Source of the DNA: an uncultured Alphaproteobacteria bacterium
GTDB lineage: Bacteria; Pseudomonadota; Alphaproteobacteria; RF32; CAG-239
DNA length: 64,000 nucleotides
Assembly: GCA_944391685.1 (NCBI GenBank)
Contig: CALXUM010000003.1
Coordinates: forward strand, 73,481 to 137,480
Direction: 5' to 3'
The notes beneath the pieces are model-generated. The model worked only from the letters and a program-made list of their open reading frames with translations. It ran no database searches and was not told the origin of the DNA. The translations under genes were made by a program, and so were the position numbers. Numbering within the stretch: position 1 is the stretch's first letter; each line of letters starts with the position of its first letter. This document shows, piece by piece, positions 25,773-34,130 of the stretch.

Positions 25773-26177
25773 ATGAGTGAAGTTTCAATTAAAATAATAT
25801 GTGATAATTGTGGATATGAACTACAAGAGTCTGAAAAAATTTGCCCTAACTGTCATAGTGAACAAAGAAGAGTTTTTATTCAAGTTTGCGAAAAAATCCA
25901 TATTTCCTGTTGTCAACGCTTGAAGGCTAAAAATCCTCAATACCCTAGTGATAAAAAATTACGTTATGATTTTATACAAGGAGATGTTCCATCTAACATA
26001 ACATATAATGGCAGAGCAAAGCTAAAACGTATCATTGATAAAGACAACGATTACTATTACGAGCACGTGGAAGATCATAAAGGGAACGTAATACACCATT
26101 GCGAAGAACCTCTTTCTAAACACTATAATCATGGAAGTGCGAAAAAGATTAACGATAACTCCCGTAAGCTGGATTAA
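25773..26177 (+). CDS. zinc-ribbon protein, opposite-strand insert (moron-like)
   Basis: ATG at 25773 preceded by AAGGAGA. 'IICDNCGYELQESEKICPNCHS' is a CxxC...CxxC ribbon. It is one of only two plus-strand ORFs inside the minus-strand prophage (the other is 40771-41211). Its 3' end overlaps the tape measure stop by 29 nt. Confidence 0.55.
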   Translation: MSEVSIKIICDNCGYELQESEKICPNCHSEQRRVFIQVCEKIHISCCQRLKAKNPQYPSDKKLRYDFIQGDVPSNITYNGRAKLKRIIDKDNDYYYEHVEDHKGNVIHHCEEPLSKHYNHGSAKKINDNSRKLD

Positions 26178-28785
26178 GTGCATAGCGTTGTTCTAAAATC
26201 GGCGATAACCCTTCACCTTTGCTGATGTTTTTGCCGATAGTGCTTTCGATTTGCTCGATAATGACATCAATAGATACGTTGCCGTCATTATCTTGATTTG
26301 AAGTTGCATAAGCCTTTGTGCCGGAAGCGTTATTATGAACATTTACATTAACACTTACCGGAGTTTTGCGGTTTAATTCGCCGCCAAGGGCTTGCATTTG
26401 TCCTTTGGTAAAGATTGTTTCACCGCGTTTAGCTATAATCGGAACTTCATCACCGACCAAACCACCGCTGTGGAATTTGGGCGCACCAATGAAAACCGCC
26501 GGATTTACAGATTTACTTGCTAAATTATCAGCTCCGACAACTCCGCCACTATGTGCCATCGCAAACCCAAAATAACTGCTGATACCGGTTAAAAGAGGCA
26601 TAGTGATTGATTGGCGAATTGCAATCTGCATCATATCGCTGATAATTGAATTAACAAAATCGGAAAAACTAATCTTTCCTGTCGTAACAAAAGAAACAAG
26701 CGTGTTTTCCATATTAGAAAAGGCATTTTTTACTGCGTTTTCTGCTAAACTTGCAAAATCACTGAGTTCATTTTGTACATTTTGAAAACCACGCTTAAAC
26801 CCGTCTTCCAAAGTTTTTGACGAGTTTAAGGCCGCTTCATTGGCTTTTTTTACCATGTCATCATAAACTTGATTAACTTGTTCTTTGTATTTTTCATAAT
26901 CTCCGGCATTCGATTTTAGGTTATTGAGTGTGTTTTCTCGCCACTCTTTAGCTTTGGCCATAGCTTGATCATAAGGACTTTTTAGCTCTAAAACCTTTTG
27001 TTTGATATCTTCAAGCGTCTTTTTATAGGTGTCTGCTTTGATATCGGTTTTAGGCGTAACAGTTGCCTGAACATTTGTTTTTTCCTCTACCTCGATTTTA
27101 GGACGAAGTTCGGGGTTTCTTAAATATTTCAGTTCTTCTCTGGCTTTTATTGCATCTTGTTCAGCCGCTTTTAGCAAAAGAAGCTTGTTTTGGATTTCTT
27201 GAGCTTGTGGCTGAAAATCAGGATATTCAGCCGCCAATTTCCAAATTTCTTCCTCATAACGCTCTAAATCAATTTTAGATTGACGTAAAACATTAGCCCA
27301 ATCTTTTGCGTAAACCTCATAATCTTCTAAAAGAGCGTTTGGCGTAAAACGAGTTAAAAAAGATAATCCACCGGTGTTTTTTAACTCTTTTCTCAAGTCT
27401 TTTATATTTTGCTCGGCGGTTTTAAGTTTTAAGCCCCATTCAGCCAAAGCCATGTCTTTGGTTTGTTCGGCAGAAAACTTTGTCGCTTCTTGAGCGGTAG
27501 CTTTGAGTTCATCTTGCAACTTCTTTAAGGTTTCTGCGTGGTCTTTGGCGGCTTTTTTGGCGACATTATGACTATCTACAAGTTTATAAATCGCCATTCC
27601 GGCTAAAACAGCTAGACCAGCCGGACCACCGATTAAAGCCAGCGCACCTTTCAAAACTCCGGCGGCTGTTGCGGTTATAGCCATTTGCGCCGCCGCCAGT
27701 TTTGAAACATTATTCATCATAGTAATTCCGGCAACGGCAGATTTAGCTGATACAGATAGACCGGCTAAGCTAACCTGCAGATAACCAACTCCGGCTTTAA
27801 GCAGATTAATTCCGCCCATAATTGCCGAAGAACCAAGGCGAACACTCAAAAGAGTTAGAGCTACATCTGCGTGTTCTGCTAATAAAAAGAAAGCGTCCGA
27901 GGCGATATTTACCGCGGTTGCTAAGGTTTTACCTATGGTATCTGCGGCACTTCCGCCACTTTCCACTAATTCGTTGAATTGAGTAAAAGTGGATTTTAGA
28001 GCTTCATTAAGACCGCTTTGCCCGATTTGACGATAGATTTTTTCAAAACTGTCTTCAATATTGGACAATACGCCGTTCATGGTTTTCATTTGTTCGTCCA
28101 TCGCTCCGGCAAAATTTACATCACCGAGTGAACGAAGATATTTTTCAATATCGGCGGCATTTTTCTTTACGGTTGTTGTAACTCCGGCGAAAGTGAATTT
28201 AACTTCATCAGTTAATGTATTGGCTTTAATACCAAAACTTTTGAGCCTTTCAAATTCACCAACAGTTGCATCGGCAACGGCTTCCACAAAATCAATCATA
28301 TTTTTGCTAAATGCAGAAGCGGTGTTGCCGTAAGAAGTTAATGCCTCTTCCGAAGGGTCAAGCCCTAAGGCTTTAAGACGAATAAAAGCCTCAACAATTT
28401 CATTGAGCTGGTATGGCGTATTAATCGCAAATTTTTCAATTAAAGTAAAAGCTTCTTGAGCCGCTTTGGTAGAACCGGTTACGGTTTTTAATGAGGCTGA
28501 TAATCTTTCAAAGGTTGTGTTTGCACTGAAAATCGAAGAAAATGTATTCTTTAAGCCCTGAAATCCAAGATAAGCTCCAAATAAAGCCGTACCTTGCCGA
28601 ATAACCTCATTAAAAGAGCGAGCTGTTGCATCTAAGGCCTTCAAATTATCATTAGCCGGAGTAATAACTTGAGTAATACGCCTAAAAGCCTTATCTCCGT
28701 CATTTCCGAGGTTTTTAAATTCCTGCCGGACTTTATCACCGCCAACGGCTGATAATCTGATACTTAAATTTTTAACTGCACTCAT
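26149..28785 (-). CDS. tail tape measure protein
   Basis: About 878 aa from 'MSAVKNLSIRLSAVGGDKVRQEF'. Long helical protein with a central Ala/Gly-rich hydrophobic block. Lies after the chaperone genes. Confidence 0.85.
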   Translation of the reverse strand: MSAVKNLSIRLSAVGGDKVRQEFKNLGNDGDKAFRRITQVITPANDNLKALDATARSFNEVIRQGTALFGAYLGFQGLKNTFSSIFSANTTFERLSASLKTVTGSTKAAQEAFTLIEKFAINTPYQLNEIVEAFIRLKALGLDPSEEALTSYGNTASAFSKNMIDFVEAVADATVGEFERLKSFGIKANTLTDEVKFTFAGVTTTVKKNAADIEKYLRSLGDVNFAGAMDEQMKTMNGVLSNIEDSFEKIYRQIGQSGLNEALKSTFTQFNELVESGGSAADTIGKTLATAVNIASDAFFLLAEHADVALTLLSVRLGSSAIMGGINLLKAGVGYLQVSLAGLSVSAKSAVAGITMMNNVSKLAAAQMAITATAAGVLKGALALIGGPAGLAVLAGMAIYKLVDSHNVAKKAAKDHAETLKKLQDELKATAQEATKFSAEQTKDMALAEWGLKLKTAEQNIKDLRKELKNTGGLSFLTRFTPNALLEDYEVYAKDWANVLRQSKIDLERYEEEIWKLAAEYPDFQPQAQEIQNKLLLLKAAEQDAIKAREELKYLRNPELRPKIEVEEKTNVQATVTPKTDIKADTYKKTLEDIKQKVLELKSPYDQAMAKAKEWRENTLNNLKSNAGDYEKYKEQVNQVYDDMVKKANEAALNSSKTLEDGFKRGFQNVQNELSDFASLAENAVKNAFSNMENTLVSFVTTGKISFSDFVNSIISDMMQIAIRQSITMPLLTGISSYFGFAMAHSGGVVGADNLASKSVNPAVFIGAPKFHSGGLVGDEVPIIAKRGETIFTKGQMQALGGELNRKTPVSVNVNVHNNASGTKAYATSNQDNDGNVSIDVIIEQIESTIGKNISKGEGLSPILEQRYALNPAYGSYR

Positions 28786-28796
28786 GATTTTCCCAT

Positions 28797-28826
28797 AAAA
28801 AAACACCCCAACTCTATGGTTGAGGT
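28797..28826 (-). terminator. rho-independent terminator immediately after the 28849-29679 insert
   Basis: Minus-strand RNA CACCUCAAC-cauagag-GUUGGGGUG (9 bp including one G-U pair) followed by UUUUUU. On the plus strand the same stem would have a C-A mismatch. Confidence 0.55.
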
Positions 28827-28848
28827 GCAAATATTCAATACAAGTTTT

Positions 28849-29679
28849 TTATTCATAAAAAGATGAAGTATCTACTTCTATATCGTTCATTTGAATGATT
28901 TGACAAGGACTTATACTAAGTTCTACCTGAGCAGAGAAAGGAAAGTCATTGGTGATTGAAACGCTTTCTTCTCCATGCCCATAATAACTCTCAAGATAAA
29001 TCCTTCCATGAATTTTTATTGATATCGTATTGTTGTTACCATTTAAAAAATCAATATTTCTTATATAAAAGTCATTAACTGAATATCCAGAACCAGATAA
29101 AAGACTAATTTCTTCAATGTCATAGTTACAGACATAATCCTCTAGCATTTCGTGATATGCTTCAAAAAAATATGTCGATGCTATTTTTTCGAGAGCATTG
29201 TAATTATCTATGAGAGATAAAACGCAACTTTCAAAAGAAGTTTTTAATTCTTTAATTTTTTCATCATCAGTATCAAATGTTGCAGATTTTATATGAACGA
29301 AGTCAGAGAGTTTGTTATATAATTTTAAAAAATTATCTATTTCTTCAAAAGCATGGGGAAAACACTGAACAATATCATCCGATAAATTATTAAATATTTT
29401 GTATCTTAGATATGCTCTTCTGCTGATCCTATTTTTATCTTTATCAAAGTATTTTTTATTTTCCTCACTAAACCAAGAGCAGGATTTTACATCTGAATCT
29501 TGAACAGTATCTTCTAAGAACATTCTAAAAAGCTCACGGTATCCAAGACAAAAATTATTAAAACGCAAAGGATTACTATATTGTCTTAAAGAATGATAGG
29601 TTGAATCTAGTATATTTAGATATAATAAATTTTCACTAAAAAAGTGACGTATATCCTGTTTAACTTTATCTTTTGTCAA
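28849..29679 (-). CDS. hypothetical protein, moron-like insert between the tail chaperone and the tape measure
   Basis: 276 aa. TTG start preceded by AGGAGA. Helical N-terminal half, beta-rich C-terminal part. Has its own terminator. No domain recognised. Confidence 0.5.
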   Translation of the reverse strand: MTKDKVKQDIRHFFSENLLYLNILDSTYHSLRQYSNPLRFNNFCLGYRELFRMFLEDTVQDSDVKSCSWFSEENKKYFDKDKNRISRRAYLRYKIFNNLSDDIVQCFPHAFEEIDNFLKLYNKLSDFVHIKSATFDTDDEKIKELKTSFESCVLSLIDNYNALEKIASTYFFEAYHEMLEDYVCNYDIEEISLLSGSGYSVNDFYIRNIDFLNGNNNTISIKIHGRIYLESYYGHGEESVSITNDFPFSAQVELSISPCQIIQMNDIEVDTSSFYE

Positions 29680-29742
29680 AAGTATCTCCTGTTTTTTGTA
29701 TTGATATATTGAATTTTATAAAAATTTTTTCTTTGATACAAA

Positions 29743-30042
29743 TTAGTTATTTTTATTATTCACATATTCATTAATTCCCCTTATTCCTACTGGCAAAAGT
29801 TCGCTCATTATTTCCATATCCAGCCCAAGATTTTGAGCTAAAGATAAGGCAAGAGATAGGTCAGGCTTGGAAAGTTTTAATAAAATTTCCCAAGCCTGAT
29901 AACCTTCAACGGTTTTTAGGGAAGTTTCTGTATATCGGCATTTGTAGAACGGACAGAAGATTTTTCCGTCTTGGTTACATCCGGCACAGTAGCTTCGCCC
30001 ATCGCCGAAGTGCCATTTTGCGCGGGCAAAGATACGTTTTTT
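29743..30042 (-). CDS. gpT-like -1 frame extension of the tail assembly chaperone (G-T fusion)
   Basis: Manual translation in the -1 frame from the slippery site gives 97 open codons (KRIFARAKWHFGDGRSYCAGCNQDGKIFCPFYKC...GINEYVNNKNN), ending at TAA 29743-29745. Confidence 0.6.
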   Translation of the reverse strand, partial: KKRIFARAKWHFGDGRSYCAGCNQDGKIFCPFYKCRYTETSLKTVEGYQAWEILLKLSKPDLSLALSLAQNLGLDMEIMSELLPVGIRGINEYVNNKNN

Positions 30043-30458
30043 TCAGCTTCCAAAACTTCACGCAAACCACAATATTGATTGCGAAAATTCTCGGCAACAA
30101 CCCAAAAATTAGAAAATAGCTCCTCGATTTTATCTTCCGTCAACGGAGCTTTGTCTTCACTTTCAGCCTCTAAAACGCCGTTCCATTCCAAAATGCCGGC
30201 AACTCCTAAGCCGATAAGTAAGAATTTGTCCGCCAAGGCTTCACGTTTATGCGGATTTTCTATGTCTTCGACATTTGCATCACTAATACCGATATCTTTG
30301 TTGGATTTATAAATTTTAGCCAATTCGGCTAATTTTGAGTTCATATAGGCTTTTGCCTCATAAAAAACGGCGGAAGTGCAAGGTTTAACCTTAACTTTCA
30401 CGCCGTAACCAATTTCAAGCCAATATGGCTCTTTTTGAATTTTTAATTTAAGCATCAA
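29916..30458 (-). CDS. tail assembly chaperone (gpG-like, zero-frame product)
   Basis: 180 aa between the major tail and tape measure genes. Acidic. Contains the slippery site A_AAA_AAC. Confidence 0.7.
   Translation of the reverse strand: MMLKLKIQKEPYWLEIGYGVKVKVKPCTSAVFYEAKAYMNSKLAELAKIYKSNKDIGISDANVEDIENPHKREALADKFLLIGLGVAGILEWNGVLEAESEDKAPLTEDKIEELFSNFWVVAENFRNQYCGLREVLEAEKNVSLPAQNGTSAMGEATVPDVTKTEKSSVRSTNADIQKLP
30036..30042 (-). promoter_or_regulatory. programmed -1 ribosomal frameshift slippery heptamer A_AAA_AAC
   Basis: Zero-frame codons are GAA AAA AAC within a run of seven A. This is a canonical X_XXY_YYZ site at the position expected for G/GT. Confidence 0.6.
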
Positions 30459-31396
30459 TAGCCCTCCACATCATTGACTAAGGTTACAGTCATCATTTTG
30501 CCAAGTGTCTGGTCTTTGGCTCCTTGGAAGTCATAAGAACATTCTATTCCTCCCGGTCCATCAATAGAACGCTTAGGTTTTGGCAAATAAACTTCATGGC
30601 AAGAAATTACCAATTTCATTGAATCTGATAATTGGTAGCCAAGCTCAATATCTACCGGAGTACCGGCTCGGGCTTTATCCAATAGAATATTATCGGCATA
30701 TTTGGCAGAAATACTTCCGGTTAGGCTTGCAACACCTAAATCTATGGCCTCAACTTTGCCGTCATTACGGATTGTTTCGATTTTTTCAAGATTATTAGAG
30801 TATGTGGCACTTGCCGAAGTGATATTAGCCAAGAGTTCACCGCCGCTTTTGATATAGCCTTGAAATTGTGATACTCTGGTGTAGGTATATACTTCGGCAG
30901 AGCTTTCAATCGAAGTTTCGGAGCCGCTTTCTCCCTGAGCCATAAGGTTGATTGTGGCTTGGGCTTCGCCGGAACGTGCAAAATTAAAGGCAATACTATT
31001 AGCTCGCACACCGGAAAAACGAATATATTGCGGTACTTCCGGCAAGCCAATCTCTAATGAATAACTTGGAATTGATGTTTTGCCGCTCTCAAAGGTATGC
31101 GTATAAACAGTTTCCTCGTTGGTTGTTGTCGGAGCTCCAAAAATAGCTCTTAACCAAACGCCAATGTTGCGAAAATCAATCGGTATTGCCATATCGCCAT
31201 CAACATTGATGACATCCTGAAAAGGTTGTGTCGGGTCGCGACCTAATCCCAATACATTTGACGAAACAAGACTTTGTTCACTATCAAGAGATGATGAAAT
31301 AAAAGGTATTTGCCGATATCCGCTGTCCGGCAAAACGCCGTACTCACTTTCTTCGGCAATTAAAAGCTGGGCATTCCAGCCATAAGCTCTGGACAT
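30455..31396 (-). CDS. major tail (tube) protein
   Basis: Start at 'MSRAYGWNAQLLIAEESEYG', preceded by GGAGG. The 23 upstream codons in the ORF track span a terminator hairpin. ATGA overlap with the chaperone gene. Confidence 0.7.
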   Translation of the reverse strand: MSRAYGWNAQLLIAEESEYGVLPDSGYRQIPFISSSLDSEQSLVSSNVLGLGRDPTQPFQDVINVDGDMAIPIDFRNIGVWLRAIFGAPTTTNEETVYTHTFESGKTSIPSYSLEIGLPEVPQYIRFSGVRANSIAFNFARSGEAQATINLMAQGESGSETSIESSAEVYTYTRVSQFQGYIKSGGELLANITSASATYSNNLEKIETIRNDGKVEAIDLGVASLTGSISAKYADNILLDKARAGTPVDIELGYQLSDSMKLVISCHEVYLPKPKRSIDGPGGIECSYDFQGAKDQTLGKMMTVTLVNDVEGY

Positions 31397-31425
31397 ATTA
31401 GCCTCCATTCGTTTTGTTAAGATAT

Positions 31426-31454
31426 AAAAAAATCCCGAAAACTCGGGATTTTTT
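31426..31454 (-). terminator. rho-independent terminator after the PD-(D/E)xK insert
   Basis: AAAAAATCCCGA-guuu-TCGGGATTTTTTT on the minus strand, located between the nuclease stop (31469) and the tail tube RBS. Confidence 0.65.
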
Positions 31455-31468
31455 GGGGTTTGCAATTT

Positions 31469-32566
31469 TCAAAGATTTTCTATGATTTGTATTATTTTTT
31501 CTATATTTGGGGTTTCTTTAATTATATTGTGAGAAATATCTTCACCATATAGAAAACTTTTTTGAATAATCATAAGATTATCTTTATCTGATTTTCTTTT
31601 GACTTGCCAATCAGTTGCTCTCTCAATACTGTTTCTCATATTTTCCTTAGTTAATATCAGGTTTTGAGGCAGTTTATCATAATCTTTAATTCTTATTCTA
31701 CTTTTTATTCCTTTACCTGAGCTACCAGTAAAGTCTTTACAAGTTAAAGCATCTAACTCACAAATATGTTGTTTAACCGAAATATTGTAAGATTTTCCTC
31801 TAAACATCAAATAAATAGCATTATGAATAGTGAAACCATCAATATTTTTAGAATATTTCTCATACAAGCAAATATGCGGGGTATGTCCTTGGTCAACAAT
31901 ATACCAGTAACTTTTCTGAAATTTTGTATTATTGATAATATTTGATGTTATCTTATCAAGAGCACAAGCCATTTCACATTCATTTTTGTTTGTAAAAACA
32001 TTGGCATAATCACTATTTTTCAAATATTCTTCTATTTGTTCATAATCTTTGGAATATTTTGAGAACCATTGATTAAACAAATAATGATTTGGGTGCTTTT
32101 CAAATAAACGATATATTTCATCATGCCCACATATATAAATATTTTTATAAGCATTATATAATCTTCTTTTTTCCTGTTCCGAAGTAAAACCTGTCTTAAA
32201 ATACATTATATATATGTTGTCAGAAGCAATATTCTTTATTTCTTTAACATAGCGTTCTATTTGTTGGTCATGTTCTTGAGTTAAAACCTTATCTTCAATA
32301 ACAATAGCGTATAAATTTCCTTTTGTATCTGTCAATTCAAGCAAAATATCAATATGCTTTTCTTGACGAGAGATTTTTTGTAAAGATAAATCGTTTCTTC
32401 CTGTCGTTTTTTGAATAAAAATTTGAGCAAAATTATAAAAATCTTTTGTTTCTGTTTGATTATAGTTTTTATTTGCCCAAGATAAAAGCCAACATAAGAA
32501 AGCATCTTGCGAGAGTTCTTTGGTTGCAAAATGAAAAATATTTGGTTCAGCGTTATCGTTACTCAT
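31469..32566 (-). CDS. PD-(D/E)xK nuclease superfamily protein (PDDEXK_4-like), moron-like insert
   Basis: 365 aa. N-terminal 'NIFHFATKELSQDAFLCWLLSWA' and 'HIDILLEL...LYAIVIEDKV' (D...ExK). Sits between the tail completion and tail tube genes and has its own terminator. Confidence 0.6.
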   Translation of the reverse strand: MSNDNAEPNIFHFATKELSQDAFLCWLLSWANKNYNQTETKDFYNFAQIFIQKTTGRNDLSLQKISRQEKHIDILLELTDTKGNLYAIVIEDKVLTQEHDQQIERYVKEIKNIASDNIYIMYFKTGFTSEQEKRRLYNAYKNIYICGHDEIYRLFEKHPNHYLFNQWFSKYSKDYEQIEEYLKNSDYANVFTNKNECEMACALDKITSNIINNTKFQKSYWYIVDQGHTPHICLYEKYSKNIDGFTIHNAIYLMFRGKSYNISVKQHICELDALTCKDFTGSSGKGIKSRIRIKDYDKLPQNLILTKENMRNSIERATDWQVKRKSDKDNLMIIQKSFLYGEDISHNIIKETPNIEKIIQIIENL

Positions 32567-32616
32567 AAAAACACTCCTTTGAAAATAATAATATTTTTAT
32601 GATAAGAGAAATATTA

Positions 32617-33045
32617 TTAAAGTAAAGCACTTGTTGTTGTGTATTCAAGAATAATCGGAATAATTGCAGCTTTAATGTTTGGGGCTCCTTCGACATATTC
32701 TTCCAAAATTTCCGGTTGTTTGGGATATATATAATCGGTTAAGCCGTTGAGTTTATCTTCGTAACAGAGCAAAGTGCCGACTTTGACTAAGATTTCATCT
32801 AGTTTTTTATCCCGCACCTCTGATTTTGCGTCTTGAACAATAACTTCTAGTTCTGCCTCGTGATGAAAAATACACATTGGCGGCGATAAAATGACTTCCG
32901 GATCTCCTTGCTTGCCGTCCCTTAAAATCAAAATTCCGTTTTTAGGTATAGTTTGTGGAGCAAGTTCATTTCGCTTAATTGTTATATCCAAGCTCTTAAG
33001 CCTTTCAAATAAGGCTGATAAAATTTGTTCACGTTTGCTCATCAT
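32617..33045 (-). CDS. tail completion / terminator-type protein (tentative)
   Basis: 142-aa ORF in the head-tail joining block. Assigned by position only. Confidence 0.4.
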   Translation of the reverse strand: MMSKREQILSALFERLKSLDITIKRNELAPQTIPKNGILILRDGKQGDPEVILSPPMCIFHHEAELEVIVQDAKSEVRDKKLDEILVKVGTLLCYEDKLNGLTDYIYPKQPEILEEYVEGAPNIKAAIIPIILEYTTTSALL

Positions 33046-33610
33046 CTTTCCAATTCTGTAAAATTAAAGTTGGTAGCTTGTTTTGCCATTTTAGGCTTTC
33101 TGTTTCAAAGTTAATCAATTTGGGCATTTTTACTTGTGGCACTAGCCAGAAAGCAATTATTGTCTTGCGTTTTTGTTCGTGTACCAACAAAGAAGCTCCG
33201 TGTGAACGATAAACAAAACGTAAGCGAATACCTTTTGAACGCTCATAAAGTTCAGGAGTAATTTTACGTCCGCGTATTTTTTGGGGAATTGCCGGAGTTG
33301 GAATAGCAAGCCAAAATCCGTCATTTCCTCGAATTACCAGCCCAAACTCAAAACTCTGCATAATTTTTTCAGCTTTGGAATAGATATGTCCGGCGGCATT
33401 TAAGCTACTTTTTGATTTCGGGTAGATATCGCCTCGCCAAGTAAAAGCTAAACGAGAGCCTAATCCTGCTGATTTTACTTGCGTTCGCATACTTTCTTTG
33501 AGTTGGTTTGTTGCGAGAGATACGCCTCTGGTAACAGCTATTTCAGCATTTTTTAGTTCTTTTTCGAGATATTCGGTTAATTTTCCGCTTAAACTGGCTT
33601 CTAATCGCAT
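33029..33610 (-). CDS. HK97 gp10-like tail component (tentative)
   Basis: 193-aa ORF. Assigned from its N-terminal helical region, size and position. Confidence 0.45.
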   Translation of the reverse strand: MRLEASLSGKLTEYLEKELKNAEIAVTRGVSLATNQLKESMRTQVKSAGLGSRLAFTWRGDIYPKSKSSLNAAGHIYSKAEKIMQSFEFGLVIRGNDGFWLAIPTPAIPQKIRGRKITPELYERSKGIRLRFVYRSHGASLLVHEQKRKTIIAFWLVPQVKMPKLINFETESLKWQNKLPTLILQNWKDDEQT

Positions 33611-33894
33611 AAAACTTCACATACCCAAATTAGATTATTTGTGTCTTTTATAGGCTCTTGGCTGACGGTATATGCAATATCATCACAATAAATAACGTCA
33701 TCTATTTTCAAATCAGGGGCATCAGATATTCTGATTTTCATAGTATTAGTTGCTGTGTGGGCTTGAGAAAAGCCCACACTCACAACCATATCGGGACGCA
33801 AGAGAAAAATTAAGACATCTTTGTCTTGATATTTTCCTGCTTTTCCCAGCTTTTCAAACAGACTATCCACCGCTTTTTGGAACTTTTGGACCAC
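33601..33894 (-). CDS. head-tail adaptor / head closure protein (tentative)
   Basis: 97-aa ORF downstream of the capsid genes, overlapping its neighbours. Confidence 0.4.
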   Translation of the reverse strand: MVQKFQKAVDSLFEKLGKAGKYQDKDVLIFLLRPDMVVSVGFSQAHTATNTMKIRISDAPDLKIDDVIYCDDIAYTVSQEPIKDTNNLIWVCEVLCD

Positions 33895-34120
33895 TGTTTT
33901 CCGTCTCCTTTTTATTTTTGGCGTTGTTTTTATCAGTTTTCTGAGAATTGTTAGTGGGTGGTGGTGTAGAAGTCTGTTTGTTTTCCGTTTTACCGATTTT
34001 TCTCACAAAACCGCGGCTCAAAAGGGAATTGGCTTCTTCTTCATTGGAAATATCAATTTCGCTGTCTGGAGCATATTCCTTTTTTCCTAAAACTACCGTG
34101 ATATTGGCTAATACTTTCAT
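33863..34120 (-). CDS. hypothetical phage protein with low-complexity K/N/T/P-rich tail
   Basis: 85-aa ORF directly after the major capsid gene. Confidence 0.4.
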   Translation of the reverse strand: MKVLANITVVLGKKEYAPDSEIDISNEEEANSLLSRGFVRKIGKTENKQTSTPPPTNNSQKTDKNNAKNKKETENSGPKVPKSGG

Positions 34121-34130
34121 ATTAAAGCTC

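Noticed and set aside
31397-31465. N-terminal 23 codons of the tail-tube ORF (MQTPKNPEFSGFFYILTKRMEAN)
   Set aside because: This stretch is the terminator hairpin and T-run of the upstream nuclease gene. A GGAGG RBS precedes the internal ATG at 31396.
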